This document shows, piece after piece, positions 1 through 7,657 of a DNA stretch of 64,000 nucleotides; within the stretch, counting starts at the first letter, position 1, and each line of letters starts with the position of its first letter. Location: IMG/VR virus record IMGVR_UViG_3300045988_156369. One strand, written 5' to 3'. The position numbers were made by a program, and so were the translations under genes. The notes under the pieces were generated by a model, which worked only from the letters and a program-made list of their open reading frames with translations, made no database searches and was not told where the DNA came from. This stretch comes from a virus.

Positions 1-1
1 G

Positions 2-18
2 TTTTTTTTTTTTTTTTT
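2..18. repeat. T17 homopolymer at the window edge
   Basis: 17 consecutive T (A17 in the sense of the leftward genes), directly visible. Confidence 0.9.
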
Positions 19-77
19 GTTATCACCGATAAACCATCAAAAAACGGTTTCAATCCCTTACGGCAAGTCCGTAAGGC

Positions 78-170
78 TGGTACTCCCACCCTGACTTGAA
101 CAGGGATTGCGCACTAATCTGGTGCTAGGCAGGCTATAAGGCCGCTTCTCTGCCATTGAGATATGGGAGC
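78..170 (-). tRNA. tRNA with a long variable arm and apparent anticodon UAU; identity uncertain
   Basis: Acceptor GCUCCCA/UGGGAGU, D arm UCUC-AAUGGCA-GAGA, T arm CCCUG-UUCAAGU-CAGGG, encoded CCA, 23-nt variable arm. The anticodon loop reads CUUAUAG with a C-C mismatch closing the stem. Confidence 0.55.
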
Positions 171-276
171 ATACTAAGGGGCTTCCCAGTGGAGCTTTCA
201 CACCACTTGAGCATTTTTCATTTCTGACTGAGGGATACCCCTACCCTCTCAGATCATCCGGGAGCGACCCGGCCAC

Positions 277-370
277 TGGCGGAGCAAGTGGGATTCGAAC
301 CCACGCGGCGGGATAAACCACCCTACGTCCTTAGCAGGGACGCCTCTTATACCAGCTTGAGTATTGCTCC
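277..370 (-). tRNA. tRNA-Ser(GCU)
   Basis: Acceptor GGAGCAA/UUGCUCC, anticodon stem CGUCC/GGACG with loop CUGCUAA, long variable arm, T arm GUGGG-UUCGAAU-CCCAC, encoded CCA. Confidence 0.88.
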
Positions 371-806
371 GTGTGAAAGGGCATCCCACCCTTGAGGTAC
401 CAGTGACGTGCTTAGCCGTCTCGCCATATGTCGATAGGTACTTACCGCTGCTTACCACTCGCCGCAGCCCGGAGGACTTTCCCATCTTGCCACCAGTTGG
501 AAAGGTGTTTGGAAGCCAACTGGAAGTTCCGCCGACGGTTTCATGCCGGGTGCTGCGTGTTAAGACTGCCGTAAAGACGGCTTTGAACCCGGCAAGGTGG
601 ACTGTTACCTGCCCGAAGGTGCAAACGGAATAGTTTTGAGGCAGTGTGCCGCTGCTCTGCCATTGCTTTAGCATCTGGGGGTTAGACCAGAATAAAGCGT
701 CCAGCGAGTTTATTTCACCCACTGATTTGACGGAGAGATAGCCCTCCGCGTACCCCAGACTTGACCGGCGCTGGGAACCATGACGCCCCGGTGTGAACCG
801 GAACGG

Positions 807-881
807 TGGAGCCAGGTGGGGGAGTCAGACCCACAACCTGCCGCTTACAAAACGGCTGCTCTGCCATTGAGCTAACCTGGC
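807..881 (-). tRNA. tRNA-Thr(UGU)
   Basis: Acceptor GCCAGGU/ACCUGGC, D arm GCUC-AAUGGCA-GAGC, anticodon stem GCCGU/GCGGC with loop UUUGUAA, encoded CCA. The T arm is non-canonical (GUGGG-UCUGACU-CCCCC). Confidence 0.65.
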
Positions 882-885
882 ATAG

Positions 886-1087
886 TAACAGAATAAATTC
901 ATGATGGAGACGACACCCCGAAATATGGTACATATATTTGTACTGGTGACGGGTACATGGATTCAAATTCAAACACCTGGATATGACCGAGGTGTGGAGC
1001 CGTTTGCTACCCGGTGCGGCCGCAGGTTGGCCGTGCCGGTGTGACGGGACTTGACGGTGTGAAACCAAAAATGAAGTTATTCTGTTA
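886..1087 (-). ncRNA. Structured RNA element, copy E (IR-closed, conserved hairpin), filling the tRNA-Gly/tRNA-Thr spacer
   Basis: 11-bp terminal inverted repeat (886-896 TAACAGAATAA, 1077-1087 TTATTCTGTTA). Hairpin 973-995 is ACACCU-C-GG-UCAUAU-CC-AGGUGU in minus sense, followed by UUGAAUUUGAA and CUCCAU. No ORF. Confidence 0.6.
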
Positions 1088-1162
1088 TGGAGAGGTGTAC
1101 CGGAGTTGAACCGGCGCTGCCTGCTTGGAAGGCAGGAGTACGAACCGTTATACGAACACCCC
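1088..1162 (-). tRNA. tRNA-Gly(UCC)
   Basis: Acceptor GGGGUGU/ACACCUC, D arm GUAU-AACGGUUC-GUAC, anticodon stem CCUGC/GCAGG with loop CUUCCAA, T arm GCCGG-UUCAACU-CCGGU, encoded CCA. Confidence 0.85.
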
Positions 1163-1168
1163 AGATTA

Positions 1169-1217
1169 GCGCCCGGTTGGGATTGAACCAACAATCTTTC
1201 GATTACAAGTCAGGCGC
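1169..1217 (-). other. tRNA-like acceptor/T-arm minihelix (truncated tRNA?)
   Basis: GCGCCUG...GUUGG-UUCAAUC-CCAAC-CGGGCGC. An acceptor-like helix plus a canonical T arm, but only 18 nt where the D and anticodon arms should be. Confidence 0.3.
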
Positions 1218-1244
1218 TTGACCGCTTTAAGTTGCGGATGCTGA

Positions 1245-1292
1245 GATTCCTGCCGGGATTGAACCGGTGAAGCAGCCGACCTGCCGGGAATC
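1245..1292 (-). other. Second tRNA-like acceptor/T-arm minihelix
   Basis: GAUUCC...CCGG-UUCAAUC-CCGG..GGAAUC. T-loop-like hairpin enclosed by a 6-bp outer helix; no anticodon arm. Confidence 0.25.
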
Positions 1293-1701
1293 ATACCAGG
1301 GCGGATTGTTTTAACGTGCTACCGCCTTCGCACGTTGCCCATGTACCAGCCTTGAGGACAGCGAGGTGCCGACACAGCCATGCACATGACCTTGCGCCAA
1401 GGATTTAATAGAGCCTTGAGCCTTGGGGGTTGAGGAATAAACTTTGATGAAAAAATAAGGTTTGAAATTTGAGCGTTGAGGTTTAAGCGTTAAGCATTAA
1501 ACTTTCCGGGCAGAACATTCATTCTAACGGGCTGGGCATACAAAAAAAATGCAGCCGCGAGGAATGAACCAATATTTTTATCATAATTCTAATGATCGTG
1601 GAACAGGTGTTTATAGTTTTAACTTTGTCATTATTCCACAGCGGACAAAGCGGCTTGTGGTTTGACGCTTTCGGTACACAGGCAAATGGTATCAAAACAG
1701 C

Positions 1702-2352
1702 TTAGTAGCTGAATGTGATCTGGGTAACGGCGTTGGAAACAGAGAGGGCAGAATCAATTTCGTTGTTGAAGGAATCGATCTGGGTCTGCAGGTCCTCAAT
1801 GATTTGAGTACAGCCTTTGGTGAGGCCATCGACCAGCTCCATGGAGTTCTGTTCAAGATAGGTGTTGCGGATCTTGGCGACAGTTTCAGGATCGGCATCC
1901 TTGGTTTTGGAATCGCCGCCGCAGATCGATTTGACCATATCATCGGCCTTGGCTTCCACACGGAGATTGGCGGAAGTGATCTGAGATGTTTCGTTTGAAT
2001 ACTGGGCCTGAATATGACTGCGCAGGTAGTCCAGGTATTCCATGCCGTGCTGCTTGAGAGAGATGGCTTCGGCCACGGTATAAGTTTTATTGTTGACTGA
2101 AATTTCTGTGACCGCGTTGGACTTGGAGACAGCGGCCTTGATGGCGTTGCGGCGATTGATGAGATCCATAGCGGAATCATAACTGGCCTGAGCGGATGTT
2201 TTGAATTCATCCACCGTGATTGCACCGAGCTTGGTAGCTTTGGCTTTGGCGGCGACACAGAACTTGGCGGAATCGATCTTTTTGATGATCCGGGAATCAA
2301 TAGTTTTGAGTTCCACCAGAGCGCGGTGAATGGACATGGATTCGGTAGTCAT
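1702..2352 (-). CDS. hypothetical phage protein (216 aa)
   Basis: Long ORF with AGGAGG 7 nt upstream of the ATG, preceded by the conserved 16-nt motif. Confidence 0.75.
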   Translation of the reverse strand: MTTESMSIHRALVELKTIDSRIIKKIDSAKFCVAAKAKATKLGAITVDEFKTSAQASYDSAMDLINRRNAIKAAVSKSNAVTEISVNNKTYTVAEAISLKQHGMEYLDYLRSHIQAQYSNETSQITSANLRVEAKADDMVKSICGGDSKTKDADPETVAKIRNTYLEQNSMELVDGLTKGCTQIIEDLQTQIDSFNNEIDSALSVSNAVTQITFSY

Positions 2353-2376
2353 GGGAAAAACCTCCTGAAAATAGTG

Positions 2377-2398
2377 TTTGCGAAAACTTGTATTATAG
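2377..2398 (-). promoter_or_regulatory. Conserved motif copy 1 (TATAAT-TACAAGTTTTCGCAAA), candidate promoter or 5' leader
   Basis: Minus-sense TATAATACAAGTTTTCGCAAAC sits 24 nt upstream of the 1702-2352 ATG, just after a hairpin plus T-run. Confidence 0.5.
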
Positions 2399-2404
2399 CG
2401 CCCG

Positions 2405-2431
2405 TAAAAATGTGGGACGACGATGCCCCAC
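2405..2431 (-). terminator. Possible intrinsic terminator
   Basis: Minus sense GUGGG-10 nt loop-CCCAC followed by AUUUUUA. The stem is short. Confidence 0.35.
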
Positions 2432-2443
2432 GATGAGAAAAAA

Positions 2444-3553
2444 TTATTTTAAGTTGAGCTGCTTGTAAGATAGCCACTTTTTGTAAGAGTAAACGAAATC
2501 ATTGCTATAAACGCCCCAGAGTTTTTCTGACAGCTGTTGTGTTTTGAAGAGCCGCAGGAACCGGCCGGATTTATAACAAGAGCTGACGAGAACTTTTTTG
2601 TTTTTGAAGGGATTGTTCACCGGAAGCTGTTCTTGGCGCTGAGAATAGACACGGTTGATGTTATTGACGATATAAAAACCGCTGGCGTCCGGGTCCGGCG
2701 TTTCGGCCTTGTTGGCGCCTTTTACACCGCGGATCACATAATCATCGCGGCCAAAAAACGATACTTCACGCATACCGGTACGATTGGGCACCAGGATACC
2801 TTGCGCAAGCATGGCTTTTTCAAGGTTGATACAGCAGAAAGAGGAAGAAATCACAATATCCTGCGGGAGGTGATTTTGTTCGGTGGCGTAAATTACCATA
2901 CGGGTAAGATCGACATCCGCTTTTTTGATAAGAGCAATGTTTTTGACCTCCACACCGCACCAGGCAAGGGTATAGATTGCACGGGGCATACAGTCCAGAT
3001 CACTGTTATTAAAGATAGCTTCCAGCAGAGATTCGAATTCTTCATCAGAAAAGAGCATCTGCTGAGAATAGGAATCAAGGGACTGCTGCAGAGTGGGTTT
3101 GCTGGGATTGGAAACGGTAGTGAGGGATGGCTTGGACGAAATTTGAGAATTGTCCTCATTATCAGCCAGTGACATCTGAAGAAACTGACGGAACGGATGA
3201 CCTGTTGACTGATCCAGCGTGATAACGTTTTGAAGAGCCAGGTAATCCAGGTAACAGGAGAGAAGGACCAGCTTGTTGCGGTTGATAACTGCACTTGCCG
3301 AGTTGCCAATGATTGCCTGCTTATAAAACGATGCGTACTGCTGATAGGAAAAGGATTCAAACCGGGTGCCGTACTGATGCTCATACGTTTCGAGCGTGTA
3401 GGAAAGCCGGGGAATGATTTTTTGGATATACTGCGGAACGGTTTTGCCGTGATTGACCGTAATATAAGCATTGGTAATATCAGAGATAAGTTGCTGATAA
3501 CGATCAATACGAACAGAATCATTGTTATACCGATCGATAATAGTTTTGCCCAT
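2444..3553 (-). CDS. hypothetical protein (369 aa)
   Basis: Long ORF co-oriented with its neighbours. No motif I can name with confidence. Confidence 0.7.
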   Translation of the reverse strand: MGKTIIDRYNNDSVRIDRYQQLISDITNAYITVNHGKTVPQYIQKIIPRLSYTLETYEHQYGTRFESFSYQQYASFYKQAIIGNSASAVINRNKLVLLSCYLDYLALQNVITLDQSTGHPFRQFLQMSLADNEDNSQISSKPSLTTVSNPSKPTLQQSLDSYSQQMLFSDEEFESLLEAIFNNSDLDCMPRAIYTLAWCGVEVKNIALIKKADVDLTRMVIYATEQNHLPQDIVISSSFCCINLEKAMLAQGILVPNRTGMREVSFFGRDDYVIRGVKGANKAETPDPDASGFYIVNNINRVYSQRQEQLPVNNPFKNKKVLVSSCYKSGRFLRLFKTQQLSEKLWGVYSNDFVYSYKKWLSYKQLNLK

Positions 3554-3616
3554 ACAGATCCTGCCTTTCTAGTTATTTATAGTATAACGTATGTAGACAG
3601 GAAATGCAAAGAAAAA

Positions 3617-4036
3617 CTATGCAACCGGTGTTGGGCGCGGTTCCGGGATGACCCAGCGGGTAAGGAATGGGTTCTGAGTAAGGAAAGCTTTTTTGGCCTG
3701 CTGCCAGTTTTCATCTGAGAAGCGGGCAATCGGTTCACCAAGCTGAGAGTTCAGGAGAGTATCCCGCGCTTCGACCACGAGGGTAGAATCCCGCGTAAGG
3801 CCGCGGATGGAACCGGCTGGGTAATCAACATGCGTTGGACTGGCACTTGCAAAGCGCTTGGTGGTGAAGGGAATAACATCGCATTGGCCGCTGAATTTGT
3901 TATAAATATCATTGCTGACGACCAGATAGGGATGAATGCCAACGTACTTGTGCGTACCGAGCAGGGCGTGGTCTTGCGGGGTGCAGCCCAGCCGGATTTC
4001 GCCAAACTTGGGAACCGATGTACTGGGTTTGAACAT
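3617..4036 (-). CDS. MazF/PemK-family endoribonuclease toxin-like protein
   Basis: HPYLVVSNDIYNKFSGQCDVIPFTT...SPTHVDY...GLTRDSTLVVEARDTL aligns with the MazF-Bs pattern RPVLVIQNDIGNRFSPTAIVAAIT..LPTHVEI..RDSVILLEQIRTI. AAGGAGG RBS. Confidence 0.72.
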   Translation of the reverse strand: MFKPSTSVPKFGEIRLGCTPQDHALLGTHKYVGIHPYLVVSNDIYNKFSGQCDVIPFTTKRFASASPTHVDYPAGSIRGLTRDSTLVVEARDTLLNSQLGEPIARFSDENWQQAKKAFLTQNPFLTRWVIPEPRPTPVA

Positions 4037-4120
4037 AGCGGGGAAACCTCCTTTACTTATTTATTGCTTACCTTGTGATATTATCATACCACGTTACTTA
4101 CAAGAAGTCAACAGTAAAAT

Positions 4121-4456
4121 TCAAGATTTTTGAAAAATATTTACGGAATAATTTACACCATCCAGAACGAAATCATAGGTGGTGTAGGAGTAGGTATAAC
4201 GGCCAAAAGGGATTTCATTGCCGGGGGTGCTGGGGGTGACGGCGGCCTGAATGTTGAGAGCCTGCAGGACGATGGTGCTGGTTTTGCTTTGGAAGCGAAG
4301 CAGCGGGACGCCGGTGGAGGCGGACATGAAGCGGATTTGATCCGGCTTGAAGGTAGAAAGGGAGGACATTGCCGGGGTGTAGAGGTGGACATTGATGTAG
4401 GCTGCGTTCCGGCAGGCGGTGGCAAGCTGGGCAAGGGTGATAGTTTGTGTATTCAT
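4121..4456 (-). CDS. hypothetical protein (111 aa)
   Basis: ORF with AAGGAGG RBS. Confidence 0.65.
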   Translation of the reverse strand: MNTQTITLAQLATACRNAAYINVHLYTPAMSSLSTFKPDQIRFMSASTGVPLLRFQSKTSTIVLQALNIQAAVTPSTPGNEIPFGRYTYSYTTYDFVLDGVNYSVNIFQKS

Positions 4457-4626
4457 GGCTCCTCCTTATTAGTTGACGTCCGAAAAGATGGACTGGAAAA
4501 TGGTGGGAATTTAATCCCAATAGTTGTAATTGACAACCATTTGTTGTATAATGCGAGTATAGCACAAAGGAATTCAAAATACTAGAACTGAAACCTGTAC
4601 CAACATTGAAAAGAGGACACGAAAAT

Positions 4627-4905
4627 ATGGAGATTGGGCAAATTATACGAGAGTGGCGCAAGGCAAACGGGATGAGCCAACGGGAACTGGCAGAGCGGCT
4701 GCGATGCGGAACCCACACTGTGATGGGGTGGGAGAACGGAATCAACTACCCAGGGTTTTGGGCGCTGGGCGTATTGGCGGACGAGATGCACTGCACGGTA
4801 GACTACCTGATGGGGAGGGAAAATCATTCTGCAGCGGCTTGTAAAGAATCCACGATGGAATCAATGGCATCGGAGGCTTCGGAACAGAGATCAACAGCGG
4901 ACTGA
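4627..4905 (+). CDS. XRE/Cro-CI family helix-turn-helix regulator
   Basis: IREWRKANGMSQRELAERLRCGTHTVMGWENG is a typical HTH_3 pattern. AGAGGA RBS before the ATG at 4627. This is the only plus-strand gene in this part of the arm. Confidence 0.7.
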   Translation: MEIGQIIREWRKANGMSQRELAERLRCGTHTVMGWENGINYPGFWALGVLADEMHCTVDYLMGRENHSAAACKESTMESMASEASEQRSTAD

Positions 4906-5099
4906 AGTTCATCCATGGCGTCCTGCATAGCGGTGCCGCGGTCGGAATCCTGCATAGACTCCGGCATATTATCGAAGGCTTCTTCCTCAAGATCGTGCAG
5001 ATCCTGAACTTGGGAGGAGAGATCATTCTGAATGGTGGAGGAGAGATCCTTGAAAGCCTTGATAAGACCGCGAATTCTGGAACGGCGTTCTCTATTCAT
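4824..5099 (-). CDS. hypothetical acidic protein (91 aa)
   Basis: ORF with RBS. Its 3' end overlaps the convergent XRE ORF. Confidence 0.6.
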   Translation of the reverse strand: MNRERRSRIRGLIKAFKDLSSTIQNDLSSQVQDLHDLEEEAFDNMPESMQDSDRGTAMQDAMDELQSAVDLCSEASDAIDSIVDSLQAAAE

Positions 5100-5127
5100 A
5101 ACAATTACCTACCTTATTATATAGTGA

Positions 5128-5694
5128 TTAGAATGAGTGGGTTTTGGATTCGGTTACGGTATGGATAATGGCGGGGCTGCAGGACCAGGCAAAGTGGGGC
5201 TGGCGGCCGGTGGAAGTGATGACAGAGGTGACAAGATCCATGGCAGCAAGGACGGCTTTTTGACGGATGATGTTGCGGTCGTGATCCTGAAAAAGATAGC
5301 GGCGGACGAAAACATTTTGAATCTCCGAATTGGCCACGGCGATATAGACAGTGCCGGCAGGCTGAGATTCTGCATGAGGACCTGCAATGCCGGTGACGCC
5401 AACGCCAAGCTCTGCGCCAGATTTTTGAGCTGCGCCGATTGCCATTTGGGCGGCGACAGGACCGGAATAAACAGTGTAATTCTTGATGGTGTCCGGTTTG
5501 ACAGAGACAAGGTTCATTTTGGCAGCGGCAGAGTAGGTGACAAAGCCATACTCCATAACGCTGGATGCGCCGGGGATACTGACGAGAGAGGAAGAGAAGA
5601 GGCCGGCGGTGCAGCTTTCGGCAGCAGAGATGTGAAGGGATTTGGATTTGAGCAGCTCAACAAGCTGTTGGGAGGACTGAGGGATAGAATTCAT
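5128..5694 (-). CDS. cinA: CinA-C/PncC-like nicotinamide-nucleotide amidohydrolase domain protein
   Basis: ISAAESCTAGLFSSSLVSIPGASSV..GFVTYS...GVGVTGIAGP...GTVYIAV matches the CinA C-terminal (PncC) signature. ATG at 5694 with AAAGGAG. Confidence 0.72.
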   Translation of the reverse strand: MNSIPQSSQQLVELLKSKSLHISAAESCTAGLFSSSLVSIPGASSVMEYGFVTYSAAAKMNLVSVKPDTIKNYTVYSGPVAAQMAIGAAQKSGAELGVGVTGIAGPHAESQPAGTVYIAVANSEIQNVFVRRYLFQDHDRNIIRQKAVLAAMDLVTSVITSTGRQPHFAWSCSPAIIHTVTESKTHSF

Positions 5695-5756
5695 AAGCAA
5701 CGCTCCTTTGAATGGGAGGATGTACGCCAGGGTTTTGCGACCCTGGTTTTTATTTT

Positions 5757-6167
5757 TTAATAGGACAGAACGAAGAACAGCCAGGTAAGAAAAATTTGGC
5801 CGATATGGAGGAGCTGGTCGGTGGTAAGAGAAATAGAACCTTCGTTCGCTTTTTGGTGGTCGATAATAGCATGAAAACCGGTATTGGTAAGAATGGAGGA
5901 ACAGAAATAGGCAATTGCGTGTGGGTTATAAGGGAAGAACAGAGAATAAACCAGAAGCGGAATCGTAATGCAGGTTGACCACATGAAGGAATGCTCGATA
6001 AGGGCGGTGATGTAATCAACAGGATAATGCTCCTGAACGAATACCTTGGAATACTTGAGGTCCCACCACAAACGCTGCTTAAAATCGGCGAGGATGCCCT
6101 GGAGATTGTAATCGGCAATGAGGTGGGAGAAAACCATAAGGAGGAGGAGAAGAAATTTGATGGGCAT
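5757..6167 (-). CDS. membrane protein, DUF3307-like
   Basis: Several hydrophobic segments. HLIADYNLQ near the N-terminus resembles DUF3307. Confidence 0.55.
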   Translation of the reverse strand: MPIKFLLLLLMVFSHLIADYNLQGILADFKQRLWWDLKYSKVFVQEHYPVDYITALIEHSFMWSTCITIPLLVYSLFFPYNPHAIAYFCSSILTNTGFHAIIDHQKANEGSISLTTDQLLHIGQIFLTWLFFVLSY

Positions 6168-6182
6168 AAGGATTCACCTGCC

Positions 6183-6566
6183 TTACCAGCCGCGGCGCTT
6201 TTTGCCGATTTGTTCTGCCTTATAGGTCAGAGCGCGATCATGCACGCCGCTGATACGGTCGAGATAGTTGGGGTTGACTTCTACCTTTTCATCCTCAAAG
6301 ACATGCTGCCACCAGATACGATGACCGTCAGCGTAATCAACATTGTGTTCCTGCATAAGAGTGTAGAATGTCTCTTTGCGATTGTTAAAACGATGTCCAC
6401 GCCACTTTTCATAGATGGCTTTCTCTTCCGGGGTGGGTTCTGAGATGGAGCGCTGGTAGGCACCGAGGGCATTAAAATCTTTAATATCATTGGATGTATA
6501 GCCGGATGCAGCGGCAGAACCGAACAGACCAGCGATACCGAGAATTAAACCAAAACCACCTAACAT
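6183..6566 (-). CDS. hypothetical protein with N-terminal TM segment (127 aa)
   Basis: ORF with AAGGAGG RBS at 6572-6580. Confidence 0.7.
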   Translation of the reverse strand: MLGGFGLILGIAGLFGSAAASGYTSNDIKDFNALGAYQRSISEPTPEEKAIYEKWRGHRFNNRKETFYTLMQEHNVDYADGHRIWWQHVFEDEKVEVNPNYLDRISGVHDRALTYKAEQIGKKRRGW

Positions 6567-6589
6567 AGTTGTTACCTCCTTGGATTTTG

Positions 6590-7434
6590 AAAATTGAAAT
6601 TATTTGGAACGAAGACGGCAGCGCATGACTTGAATGGACTGGATGGTAATGTTCAATGGGCTTCTCACAAAATAGGCAATGGTGTTCCTGCATTTCAGAA
6701 ACAGCATTTTCAAGGCTCCCTTTTTGGTAGAGTGGGCCTTGCTGATACTGCCATTTCTGAATGTTAGGGTTGTCAAGCTGCATGAACGCAAATTTGTTGA
6801 CTTCAAGCACAACATCACTGATAGGAAGAAACTTCTGAATTTTCTTCACCAAGTTGATGTGTGTCTGTAGCAACTGATTTGCAGTAGGCGTAAGCCATCC
6901 TTCCGGTCTTGCACGATTGGTGAACTTTGCCTCTTTGTTTTTGATACCAATGCAAAGTACATCTTTCTCACAACCCGGAAGATGGCGCTTGATAACGCCA
7001 ATTTCTTTTGCACGTTTACTAACACTACCATTTTGAGCAGTGGTTTGCTTTACGCACTTCTTAGAAATAGTGCCGTTGGTTTTTGCTCTCCGCTGACGGC
7101 GGCAGCGTCTGCCGTTGGTGCGTCTTGCGCAGCGTGATTCCTTACGCTTTTTCATCAGCTTAGGGACTTCCTTATTGCGGGTCTCAAGATGCGCAGTAAA
7201 GACCGCCGCCCCGTCTGTTTTGACAACGGCAACGCCGATGTTGGTCCTACCAGGGTCGATACCCAAGTATAGGGGTTGAACTACATCATCAGTTTCATAA
7301 AGCAACTGGATAGTAAACGGTTTTGATTTTACGACTCGTGCTTTTCCATTCTTAAGGAGATGGCGCACATGCATACAGCGAGTCGTTGGCATCAAAGGTT
7401 TACCATCTTTGTTTAACACATATACAGTAGGCAT
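6590..7434 (-). pseudogene. iscB: 3'-truncated IscB (OMEGA RNA-guided nuclease) remnant
   Basis: [20 protein letters not shown] (PLMP domain), [14 protein letters not shown] (RuvC-I), Arg-rich bridge helix [17 protein letters not shown] (RuvC-II), start of [15 protein letters not shown]. Homology then stops, with about 200 aa missing (rest of HNH, RuvC-III, TID). The frame runs on into the next gene. Confidence 0.8.
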
Positions 7435-7657
7435 ATACGCTACCCTCCTTTTACTGTAAATCTCTCCTGCTGAAACAGGAGGTTGTGTTTCCCTTGGCTG
7501 GGTGTTTGCTGTGAGCGGTATTGTACGAGACAATGCCACTCGTGCGGAGCTATCAACTGGGAAAATCGATAGGCGCAACAAACATCCAAATGCCTGTGGT
7601 ATTTGTAAAAACAGATGGTTTTATTCAAACCACCTATTTTTGCAAATACCCTTGGAT
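7435..7657 (-). ncRNA. Candidate IscB omega-RNA region
   Basis: 223-nt ORF-free segment immediately 5' of the iscB remnant, where IscB omega-RNAs are encoded. Contains hairpins such as CUCCUG-UUUCAG-CAGGAG. The assignment is positional. Confidence 0.45.

Noticed and set aside
2-18. The T17 run as a biological signal, such as a poly(A) template or a terminus.
   Set aside because: It sits at the very edge of the window. It could equally be an assembly or end artefact, and there is no context to judge.
56-76. An 8-bp hairpin (CCTTACGG/CCGTAAGG) right after the first tRNA as an intrinsic terminator.
   Set aside because: The U-run is not adjacent to the stem (GAUUGAAACCG intervenes), so I did not list it as a terminator. 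It may still be a processing element.
371-806. A tmRNA, or a tRNA split by an intron, in the 436-nt gap between tRNA-Ser and tRNA-Thr.
   Set aside because: There is no GGGG...TTCGAC 5' end, no tRNA-like CCACCA 3' end and no tag ORF. Candidate tRNA half-sequences do not form a matching acceptor stem.
4806-4905. The 82-nt convergent overlap of the XRE ORF with 4824-5099 as a functional antisense arrangement.
   Set aside because: The HTH domain ends near 4815. The overlap is most simply the XRE frame running on to the first available stop codon. There is no independent evidence of regulation.
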